Assembly: GCA_018815925.1 (NCBI GenBank)
Contig: JAHIWS010000017.1
Coordinates: 15,285 to 79,284, forward strand
From: Nanobdellota archaeon
GTDB taxonomy: Archaea > Nanobdellota > Nanobdellia > Pacearchaeales > GW2011-AR1
Reading direction: 5' to 3'
Length of the DNA: 64,000 nt
Numbering within the stretch: the first letter of the stretch is position 1; each line of letters opens with the position of its first letter. Positions 56,361-63,764 of this stretch are shown piece by piece. The notes beneath the pieces are model-generated. The model ran no database searches, was not told where the DNA came from, and saw nothing but the letters and a program-made list of their open reading frames with translations. The translations under genes and the position numbers were made by a program.

Positions 56361-56528
56361 ATGAAAAAATATGATTCAAATAAACCAAATATAAAAATAA
56401 AGTATAATGGGGATAATTATGTGGCTCTTCCAATAAGAGAAAAAGCAAATTTATTTTTATTAGTGATTCAATCTCGAAAGAAATTTAAAAGTAGGTTAGA
56501 AAAAGATTCTTGTGGAAGTGTTAATTAA
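56361..56528 (+). CDS. 55-aa hypothetical ORF between aIF5A and eL40
   Basis: Fills the gap with 2-nt and 1-nt spacers (MKKYDSNKPNIKIKYNG...). Confidence 0.45.
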   Translation: MKKYDSNKPNIKIKYNGDNYVALPIREKANLFLLVIQSRKKFKSRLEKDSCGSVN

Positions 56529-56529
56529 A

Positions 56530-56691
56530 ATGACAAAAATATTAGAGGCACAAAATAGATTGTTCAAGAACATGTTTGTTTGCAAGAGATGCAAAACAAA
56601 AATTAGAGCAGACCCCCAAAAAATTCTCAAAGGCAAAGTCAAATGCAGAAAATGTAAAAAATCTGCCTTTAGACCTTTAAAAAAGAAATAG
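56530..56691 (+). CDS. rpl40e: 50S ribosomal protein eL40, not in the ORF track
   Basis: Hand translation MTKILEAQNRLFKNMFVCKRCKTKIRADPQKILKGKVKCRKCKKSAFRPLKKK. Confidence 0.9.
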   Translation: MTKILEAQNRLFKNMFVCKRCKTKIRADPQKILKGKVKCRKCKKSAFRPLKKK

Positions 56692-56702
56692 GTGATTAAA
56701 AA

Positions 56703-58127
56703 ATGGGATTTATTATTTATGATTATATTGTATTTGCTTTACTTATAATTTTTATCTTTGTTTTTTTGTATTCTAATAGAAAGAGATTGAAGAAGGAAGG
56801 GGGAGCATTTTTATATAAAACAAAATGGGGTATGAAATTAATAGAAAAAATTGGGGGAAAGTATAAAAAAACCCTTTATTTTTTAAGTTATATTTCTATA
56901 ACTTTAGGATATTTTTTAATGGTAGCATGTTTTTATTTAGTTGGAAAAATTGTTTGGCTTTATGCTTTTCACCCCCAGATTGTAAAAATAATAAAAGTTC
57001 CGCCTATAATGCCTCTGATTCCTTATATTGATAAACTAGTTCCAGGATTGCCTCCTTTTTATACTACTTATTTTATATTAATTTTAGCTGTTATTGCAAT
57101 AACCCATGAATTTGCTCACGGAATTTTTATGAAAAGATATGATATTAAGATAAAATCTACTGGTTTTGGATTTTTCCCTTTTTTCTTTCCTGTTCTTCCT
57201 CTTGCTTTTGTTGAACAGGATGAAGAAAGCATGGTTAAACAATCAAAATTTAAACAAATGGCTGTGCTTTCTGCAGGAACATTTGCTAATCTATTAACTG
57301 CAATTTTCTTTTTTATTGTAATTTTGATATTTTTTAGTTTAGTTTTTACTCCAACAGGAGTTGTTTTTGATGATTATTCTTATTCTATGTTGCAGATAAC
57401 AGGGATTTCAATGGTTAATGGAATTTCTTTAACTAATCCTAATTATGAGGATATATCAAACTCCTTAGATGAAGAAGGAATCAATGAGGTTAAGGTAGGG
57501 GATACAACTTATTTTTTAACAAAAGAATTTCTAAGTAAGCAGGCAAATAACATAGAAAATATTTATTTATATGATAATGCTCCTGCACTTAAATCTAATT
57601 TAGATGAAACAATTCTAGAAATTAATGGAATAAAAATAGATAGTGTGAATAAATTAGGAGAAGAATTATTAAAATATGCTCCAGGGCAAGAGATAACAAT
57701 AACAACTCTAAATGGTGAAGAAATCAAAGACTATAAAATTGTTCTTGAAGATAATCCTGCTTCACCAGGAAGACCTTGGTTAGGAATAGGTTTTGTTAAT
57801 AATGGGAATGGGGGGTTAATTAATAAAATTTTTAGTATATTATCTTCATTTAAAAAACCACATGTTTATTATGAACCTGCTCTTGATGGGTTGTGTTGGT
57901 TTATTTATTATTTATTATGGTGGCTTATTTTAATTTGTGTTAGTGTTGCTTTGATTAATATGCTTCCTGTAGGAGGTCTTGATGGGGGAAGATTCCTTTA
58001 TCTTACTATTTTAAGTTTAACTGGAAGAGAAAAAATAGCAAAAAGAACCTACAATTACTTAACTTATTTCTTTCTTTTTTTAATTGTATTTTTAATGTTT
58101 TTTTGGGTTTGGAATTTTTTTAGGTAA
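56703..58127 (+). CDS. Site-2 protease (M50) with a PDZ-like insert
   Basis: HEFAH, AFVEQDE, AGTFAN, NMLP...LDGG. Confidence 0.93.
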   Translation: MGFIIYDYIVFALLIIFIFVFLYSNRKRLKKEGGAFLYKTKWGMKLIEKIGGKYKKTLYFLSYISITLGYFLMVACFYLVGKIVWLYAFHPQIVKIIKVPPIMPLIPYIDKLVPGLPPFYTTYFILILAVIAITHEFAHGIFMKRYDIKIKSTGFGFFPFFFPVLPLAFVEQDEESMVKQSKFKQMAVLSAGTFANLLTAIFFFIVILIFFSLVFTPTGVVFDDYSYSMLQITGISMVNGISLTNPNYEDISNSLDEEGINEVKVGDTTYFLTKEFLSKQANNIENIYLYDNAPALKSNLDETILEINGIKIDSVNKLGEELLKYAPGQEITITTLNGEEIKDYKIVLEDNPASPGRPWLGIGFVNNGNGGLINKIFSILSSFKKPHVYYEPALDGLCWFIYYLLWWLILICVSVALINMLPVGGLDGGRFLYLTILSLTGREKIAKRTYNYLTYFFLFLIVFLMFFWVWNFFR

Positions 58128-58158
58128 GATTTATATTCCTATTTCTCAGTTTAATTTA

Positions 58159-59148
58159 ATGATTCCAGAAAAAATTAAAAAGATTTTAAAAAAACAACAT
58201 TATGAAATAGTTGGAAATCATTCTGCTGTCCAAATATGTAGATGGACAAAAAATTCTTTAAGAGATCAAGGTGTTTGTTATAAAGAAAAATTCTATGGAA
58301 TAAAAAGTCATTTATGTTGTCAAATGACTCCTGCAATAATGTGGTGTCCAAATAAGTGTGTACATTGTTGGAGAGCAATTGAATATACTATTGGAGATAA
58401 ACTACCTGATAATATTGATAATCCCAAAAAAATAATTGATGGTTGTATTAAGGCCCAGAGAAAATTATTACAAGGTTTTAATATTGATCCTAAAAGCAAA
58501 AAGAAACAACTAAGTAAGGCGAATCAAAAAAAATATACTGAAGCTCAAGAACCAATGCAGTTTGCAATAAGTTTAAGTGGAGAACCAACACTTTATCCTT
58601 TAATAGGGGATTTAATCTCTGAATTAAGAAAAAGAAAAAAAACAAGTTTTTTAGTTACAAATGGACTTTATCCAGAAAAATTAAAAGAATTAAAAAATAA
58701 AAAACAACTTCCAACTCAACTATACATAAGTGTTAATATTTCTAATAAAAATCAGTATCAGAAGTTCCATAGAAGCTCATTGCTAGATGCTTGGACAAGA
58801 TTAATGAAATCTTTAAAAATAATGTCAGACCTAAAAACCAGAACTGTTTTTAGAATTAATTTAATTAGGGAAATTAATATGCAAGATAAAGATGTTCAAG
58901 AGTTTGCAGAGTTAATTAAGAAAGCTAAAAGTGATTTTATAGAAATAAAAAGCTATATGGCCGTAGGCTTCGCTAGAAAAAGATTGGGTTATGATCGTAT
59001 GCCCCTCATGAAAGAAATGTTGGATTTTTCTAAAAAGATTGAAAAAACAACAGGTTATAAAATAGAAGATCAGGATGAACGGAGCAGGGTTGTTTTATTA
59101 AAAAGAGATGATTCAGTTGAACGTTTTATTTCTAAGGCCGATTTGTGA
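58159..59148 (+). CDS. taw1: 4-demethylwyosine synthase Taw1 (TYW1-type radical SAM)
   Basis: HSAVQIC.WT, CYKEKFYGI.SH.C.QMTP, CPNKCVHCWR, AISLSGEPTLYP, PTQLYIS, SRVVLL. Confidence 0.95.
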   Translation: MIPEKIKKILKKQHYEIVGNHSAVQICRWTKNSLRDQGVCYKEKFYGIKSHLCCQMTPAIMWCPNKCVHCWRAIEYTIGDKLPDNIDNPKKIIDGCIKAQRKLLQGFNIDPKSKKKQLSKANQKKYTEAQEPMQFAISLSGEPTLYPLIGDLISELRKRKKTSFLVTNGLYPEKLKELKNKKQLPTQLYISVNISNKNQYQKFHRSSLLDAWTRLMKSLKIMSDLKTRTVFRINLIREINMQDKDVQEFAELIKKAKSDFIEIKSYMAVGFARKRLGYDRMPLMKEMLDFSKKIEKTTGYKIEDQDERSRVVLLKRDDSVERFISKADL

Positions 59149-60098
59149 GCCCAATTTCCTTTAAAATCCGTAAAAATAACATAACAATTAAAGTTTTTCA
59201 TAAACTCCCTTTCTTTTTTTACCCAATCTTGATTTCCCCAATCTTTATGTAGCACAAGAACTGTTGAGAGATTATGTAAATGGTTCCACTTAATTGAAAA
59301 ATAAAATCTCATCAAAATTTGTGATGCTTTGATGCTACTCATTCTATGTTGTGGTTGATTTGAATCTAAAGAAGGTTTTGAAGCTGTAACTTCTATAGGA
59401 ATTTTATTATTTTTATAATTAAAAATAATGTCTGCTTTTAGGTTATCAAATTTACTTGGTTTTTTAACAACCCCTATTTTGTTTAATTCGTTTGCTAACT
59501 GTCCATCTTCTAGAGACTCTGTACTAAATAGGTCACCAATAGAAACATCCCATTCATCAAGATAAATTCCTATTTTGACAGGCATTGCCTTTGCAGAAAG
59601 AATTTTTAAAATATTCTTGGAAATTAATTTACGGGAGAGAGATATCCCCACAGATTTGGATTTTAATAAATATAATTTACTTCCTGCAAATTTATTGCTT
59701 TTTCTTATTATTACCTTATCTTTTTCAAAACTTTCTACTACACAATATTTTCCATTATTTATCTCTCCAAATTTAGAGTTATAAACAGTTATCCAAACAC
59801 CGTTGCTAGAACCCATTACTCTAATACATCCTTTAATAAAAAATAAATCTCCTTTAATTTTAGAAATTTTGGAGTAATTTTCAAAAGTTTCTGGTAAACA
59901 ATAAAATCCTCTCTTCATTCTTTTTGTAAAACCCCATTTTTCTAATTTGTGCAGTCTTGGTTTTGCTGCACCATAAGTAATATTCAAAAACCTTGCAACT
60001 TCTTTTATAGATAAAGGTCCTTTTTCTAATAGTTTAATTATTGGTAGATAAAATTTTGGATCTTTTCCTTGCTTTCTAATAACTTCCTCGTTGTTCAT
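59070..60098 (-). CDS. wHTH + AbrB-like + putative PD-(D/E)XK nuclease-domain protein
   Basis: N-terminal wHTH (LSIKEVARFL...RLHKL..WG), IRVMGSS.GVWIT and KSVGISL strands, KADII...IPIEVT catalytic-like motif. Confidence 0.6.
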   Translation of the reverse strand: MNNEEVIRKQGKDPKFYLPIIKLLEKGPLSIKEVARFLNITYGAAKPRLHKLEKWGFTKRMKRGFYCLPETFENYSKISKIKGDLFFIKGCIRVMGSSNGVWITVYNSKFGEINNGKYCVVESFEKDKVIIRKSNKFAGSKLYLLKSKSVGISLSRKLISKNILKILSAKAMPVKIGIYLDEWDVSIGDLFSTESLEDGQLANELNKIGVVKKPSKFDNLKADIIFNYKNNKIPIEVTASKPSLDSNQPQHRMSSIKASQILMRFYFSIKWNHLHNLSTVLVLHKDWGNQDWVKKEREFMKNFNCYVIFTDFKGNWAHKSALEIKRSTESSLFNKTTLLRSS

Positions 60099-60268
60099 AT
60101 AATAATAAATCCTTTAATCTTTATATATTTTACTATATGTCTGTTGGATTTGATAATGAAGAGTTCTCAGTAAATAATCTCCCCTCTACAAAAAGTGTCC
60201 TCTATTATGTATCGAGATTTAGAAATAAATAAGGACCTGATTGTTTGTACTAATCCCTATCTGGGCGT

Positions 60269-60589
60269 TTATGTTTGTTTATTTCTTAAACTATAAGCCG
60301 AAGCTCCTAAAAGAGATAAGCTCCCCAATATAATGAATGGTGCTGAAACCCCATATCTTTCTGAGGCCTTATCTTCCAATTCTCTTATTTCTTCAATTGC
60401 AACATTACTTAGTTCCTTGAGATTAGATACTTGCCCAGAGATATAATCTCTTCTTGCTTGAGGAAATCTTTCACTTACTTCTTTGTATTTTAAGTTATCT
60501 CCTTGTAATCCAATCAAAGCACCTATACCAAATAAACTAGTGGCTACAATTGGAACTACTTTTCTTATTAAAGTTCTTTTAGTTATCAT
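60269..60589 (-). CDS. Hypothetical two-TM protein
   Basis: N- and C-terminal hydrophobic helices; ATGA-coupled to the upstream gene. Confidence 0.65.
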   Translation of the reverse strand: MITKRTLIRKVVPIVATSLFGIGALIGLQGDNLKYKEVSERFPQARRDYISGQVSNLKELSNVAIEEIRELEDKASERYGVSAPFIILGSLSLLGASAYSLRNKQT

Positions 60590-60981
60590 TTTTTATGATC
60601 CTCAAAAGTATTTAAAATTCTTTTTTCCAATTCATCTCTTTTCATTGAACCAAGTAGTCGATAATCATTAAGTGGCTTATCTGGAGCTTCAGTTCCAACA
60701 TAAATTTCAATCTTGTTATCTCCCCACTGATCCGCTTTAAAATAAATTCTTTCTCTATCATTAAGAATTATCCCTTTGTAACCCAAAGCATCTAGAGCTT
60801 TTCTACTTTCTCCGTAATCTATTGTTCTATCTTCCCCAGCTATTTTTCTAGTTACTATTTCTGTTGTTTGGAAATTTTTTTGTATTTCTGTACAAGAGGT
60901 TATAAATCCTAAAGAAATGGCAAAACCTGTACCAACTATAAAATTTTTCATTTTGTCAAATTTGTTTTTATAATCTTTCAT
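60586..60981 (-). CDS. Hypothetical protein, possible lipoprotein
   Basis: Hydrophobic stretch ending in ITSC (lipobox-like). Confidence 0.6.
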   Translation of the reverse strand: MKDYKNKFDKMKNFIVGTGFAISLGFITSCTEIQKNFQTTEIVTRKIAGEDRTIDYGESRKALDALGYKGIILNDRERIYFKADQWGDNKIEIYVGTEAPDKPLNDYRLLGSMKRDELEKRILNTFEDHKK

Positions 60982-61016
60982 AAATCTAGGGGATTTACTC
61001 CCTATTTATATGGAAG

Positions 61017-61036
61017 TAGTCGGAAAAGACCGACTA
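61017..61036. promoter_or_regulatory. Palindromic operator candidate between the divergent cassette genes
   Basis: Perfect inverted repeat TAGTCGG-N6-CCGACTA. Confidence 0.6.
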
Positions 61037-61075
61037 AAAAGAAAGATTTAAATAGTATTTCTACTAAAGATTGTT

Positions 61076-61828
61076 ATGGAGAGAGATTTATTCACGTTGT
61101 TTAAGGAATATGGGCTTAGTGAAAAGGAAATACAAATATACCTTTTTTTAGTTAGAAAAAATGAACTAACAGCATATAAGATATCCAAAGAAACTAAAAT
61201 CCACCGTTCTACTTGTTATGATGTTTTAGAAAGACTAATTTCTAAGGGATTTATCTCTCAAATAGAAGAAGGAAATAAAAAAGTTTTTTCTGCAAATAAT
61301 ATAACAAATGTTATAGCAAACCTAAAGGATAAAGAAACGATTTTAACTTCAATAATTCCCAAAATACAAAGATTAGAACAAAAACAAGACAGATATGTAA
61401 AGGTATTGGAAAGCCCCCTTAGTCAAAAAGAATTCTATAATAATTTATTATCTTTAATCAAACAAGGAAAATTAACTTTTGTTTATCTTTTAAGTCCAGG
61501 ACCAAGTGAAGGATCCAAATTAAGTACCAATATTTTTATTGAAAGGATTATAAATGAAGCAATTTCAAAGAGATTACTAAATAAAATAGACTACAAAGCA
61601 ATTTGGGATTCTAGATTTAAAGATTCTGATTTTTTTAAAACTGCTAAGAGATTGGGAGAAAATAAATTTCTTAATTTGCCAACACATGCTACAACAATGA
61701 TTTTTAATAACCATCTAGCTTTTTTATATACTCAAGAGGAATCTAATCTAATTGAAATTAAGAATCAATTTGTTTCAGGAGAAATGAAAGCATATTTTGA
61801 ACACCTTTGGAAACAAGCTAAACTCTAA
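61076..61828 (+). CDS. TrmB-family transcriptional regulator
   Basis: YGLSEKE.QIY..L, ISKETKIHRSTCYDVL.RL..KGFI; C-terminal effector-type domain ending YFEHLWKQAK. Confidence 0.9.
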   Translation: MERDLFTLFKEYGLSEKEIQIYLFLVRKNELTAYKISKETKIHRSTCYDVLERLISKGFISQIEEGNKKVFSANNITNVIANLKDKETILTSIIPKIQRLEQKQDRYVKVLESPLSQKEFYNNLLSLIKQGKLTFVYLLSPGPSEGSKLSTNIFIERIINEAISKRLLNKIDYKAIWDSRFKDSDFFKTAKRLGENKFLNLPTHATTMIFNNHLAFLYTQEESNLIEIKNQFVSGEMKAYFEHLWKQAKL

Positions 61829-61877
61829 TCCCTGTTTGGGCGTTAATGCAGAAAATAAACAATCAGATGATTATTTT

Positions 61878-62228
61878 CTATAAATCAATAACACCCTCTT
61901 TTGTTAATGCTGCAAACCTTACTCCAATAGGCAAATTAATCAAAGCAGAGATTAAGGCCATGTGTTCCTTACCATCTCCACTTGCTATTGATAAAGCAAC
62001 TTCCATACCTTCAAATTTACCTCTGAGTTTTTGAGACAAATCATCCCTAAGTTCTTTTAGTTTTTTATTAAGATCAACTTTAATAAACTCAAATTTTTTC
62101 TCGTGTTTAAAATCTTTAGCAAAATCACTTCCAAGAAGAATTATTTTTTCCCATTCTCCGTGTTTCATTAATCCAGAAACCTGTGCCCATGTTCCTTTTC
62201 CAGAAGATAATAATGCTATGAGTTCCAT
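61878..62228 (-). CDS. Conserved hypothetical protein with a CARF-like Rossmann pattern
   Basis: LIALLSSGKGTW, WEKIILL, EVALSIASGDGKEHMAL. Confidence 0.6.
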   Translation of the reverse strand: MELIALLSSGKGTWAQVSGLMKHGEWEKIILLGSDFAKDFKHEKKFEFIKVDLNKKLKELRDDLSQKLRGKFEGMEVALSIASGDGKEHMALISALINLPIGVRFAALTKEGVIDL

Positions 62229-62229
62229 T

Positions 62230-62586
62230 TTACAACATAATCCTCATTCCGTTTTTAAATATTCTTTTATTTCTTGCGGAAATTATATTAGTAGTTATTG
62301 GGAATTGGTTTTTTATTGAAGGTATTTTTTTGGAGTATTTTCTTTCAATTTCCTGTTTAGATATCTTTTCAATACTATAACTAGATTTTACAATAGGAGT
62401 TCCATCAGTTAAAATATGTTTTATTGAAGATTCATCAGGAGCTTCTCCCCATACTCTTTCTAACCCTCTATAAATACTATCAAAAATTTTATTATTTTGG
62501 TTATTATCTGTAAAAACTTTTATTACTAATCCCCCTGTCTTGCATGATCCATTATCAAATTTGATTTCATAATATTTAGGATTCAT
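62230..62586 (-). CDS. Hypothetical protein (paralog family member 3)
   Basis: KYY...GLVIK...YSIEKISKQE pattern shared with the next two genes. Confidence 0.6.
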   Translation of the reverse strand: MNPKYYEIKFDNGSCKTGGLVIKVFTDNNQNNKIFDSIYRGLERVWGEAPDESSIKHILTDGTPIVKSSYSIEKISKQEIERKYSKKIPSIKNQFPITTNIISARNKRIFKNGMRIML

Positions 62587-62592
62587 TTTAAA

Positions 62593-62901
62593 TTATTCTG
62601 TTCTATTTTGAATTAAATCAAGATTTTGTTTAATTGTATTAGAAGTTATTAAATGATCTGGCTTACAATAATCTAACATAGCTTTAACATAAAAAGAATC
62701 CTTAGCTAATTTTTCAGCTTTTTTTTCATTAATTTCTGTTTTAGAATAATGGCTTGAAACTCTAAAATTTCCTTCTTTATCTAGAAAAAAACCTTTTTTT
62801 CCTTCTCCTGCAATAACTTCTAATTCTCCATCTTCAAATTTAACAACAATTCCGTCTCCATCGGGATTTTTTCTTGGCCCCACTCTATAATATTTAATCA
62901 T
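62593..62901 (-). CDS. Hypothetical protein (paralog family member 2)
   Basis: KYYRVGPRKNP.GDGIVVKFEDGEL...GEG...YSKTEINEKKA. Confidence 0.65.
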   Translation of the reverse strand: MIKYYRVGPRKNPDGDGIVVKFEDGELEVIAGEGKKGFFLDKEGNFRVSSHYSKTEINEKKAEKLAKDSFYVKAMLDYCKPDHLITSNTIKQNLDLIQNRTE

Positions 62902-62971
62902 AGAAAAAATATACTCAAGAACTTTTTAAGCATTATTGTGGTATTAGTTAGTTATTGCAATTAAATTACTT

Positions 62972-63220
62972 TCACCATAAAGGCCTACAGTTCCATTTAT
63001 CGCGAGCTTGTTTGTGTCTGAGTGCTTCTTTTTCTGTGATTCTCTCTAAATAATATTTTTTTGAACAACTAACTTGATCATATCTATCTGCTTTTAATTC
63101 AGGATCCTCAGGATAACCATCTCCTGTAAAAGTTTTTAATTGTCCGTCTTTTAATATGACAACATCTCCATTAATTTCTGGTTTATTTCTTGGTTTAAGA
63201 GAAAAATATTTTACTTCCAT
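62972..63220 (-). CDS. Hypothetical protein (paralog family member 1)
   Basis: KYFSLKPRNKP..NGDVVILKDGQL...GDG...YYLERITEKEA. Confidence 0.65.
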   Translation of the reverse strand: MEVKYFSLKPRNKPEINGDVVILKDGQLKTFTGDGYPEDPELKADRYDQVSCSKKYYLERITEKEALRHKQARDKWNCRPLW

Positions 63221-63263
63221 TTTAAGTAAATTAATAGAGAGTTTTTAAGCATTATTGTAGTTT

Positions 63264-63689
63264 TTACCTAGTTATTGTAACTAAACTATCACCAAAATCT
63301 TTTTTTAGGGTTAATTTGATTTTTCCATCTGGATTTGAAACACAGAACTTGTTGCCCTGAGTGATTGTCTTACTAAAATCTATATGGTTTAATGCATAAC
63401 CTGGTATGTGTTTTTCAGAAAGAAAAACTAGATTTTCATAATCATTATCTCTAAAACAAACAGATTCTACTTTTTTAGGTAAAAAATATGAAATTTCTTC
63501 TGAAGCTTGGGTTGCTTGCCATATTCGATTTAGGTCTTCTTGTAATTCTTTTTTAAACTTTGCTATTTCAGCAGTGTCTCTTAATTCAAGAAATTTTTTT
63601 ATTGCAAAAAAAGCAAACACAATAAAAACAATTATCAAAATGATTGAAAAAATCATCCCAAAAGACATTTTCATCTGACCTCTTTTCAT
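63264..63689 (-). CDS. Type IV pilin-like protein
   Basis: MKRGQ-MKMSFGMIFSIILII class III-like signal; ATG at 63689. Confidence 0.7.
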   Translation of the reverse strand: MKRGQMKMSFGMIFSIILIIVFIVFAFFAIKKFLELRDTAEIAKFKKELQEDLNRIWQATQASEEISYFLPKKVESVCFRDNDYENLVFLSEKHIPGYALNHIDFSKTITQGNKFCVSNPDGKIKLTLKKDFGDSLVTITR

Positions 63690-63747
63690 GAATACAATAG
63701 TAAAATAGCAGTTATAAAGGTTTTTTATAGAAACATTTAAATATAAG

Positions 63748-63761
63748 TTATACATGTATAA
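63748..63761. promoter_or_regulatory. Palindromic operator candidate of the AbrB-type gene
   Basis: Perfect 14-bp palindrome TTATACATGTATAA between the TATA box and the ATG. Confidence 0.55.
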
Positions 63762-63764
63762 TTT

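Larger units (their letters stand above)
60250..61844. mobile_element. Three-gene cassette bounded by 20-bp direct repeats
   Basis: CTAATCCCTATCTGGGCGTT (60250-60269) and CTAATCCCTGTTTGGGCGTT (61825-61844), 18/20 identical; the stop codons of both outer genes overlap the repeats. Confidence 0.55.

Noticed and set aside
60155-60240. Possible C/D box sRNA (ATGAAGA ... CTGA), SRP RNA or RNase P RNA
   Set aside because: The C box is imperfect, the span is long with no clear C'/D' pair, and the SRP helix-8 and RNase P P4 signatures are absent.
60250-60269. Canonical integron attC site
   Set aside because: Only about 20 bp, no L boxes, the left end reads TAAT rather than TAAC, and no IntI is in the window. 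Kept only as an analogy.
61017-61036. TAGTC/GACTA considered as group I intron P7 elements
   Set aside because: The arms are only 6 nt apart in a divergent promoter region and no other intron core is visible; an operator is the simpler reading.
61825-61844. Reverse complement (CAAACAGGGATTAGA) resembles the 16S rRNA AACAGGATTAGA motif
   Set aside because: The match is short, has an indel and has no flanking rRNA similarity; treated as coincidence.
1617-62034. Numerous 60-190-aa antisense or alternate-frame ORFs in the track (e.g. 46475-47032, 54010-54582, 16573-16995)
   Set aside because: They lie within well-supported genes and have the F/L/S/I-rich composition expected of shadow ORFs in AT-rich DNA.
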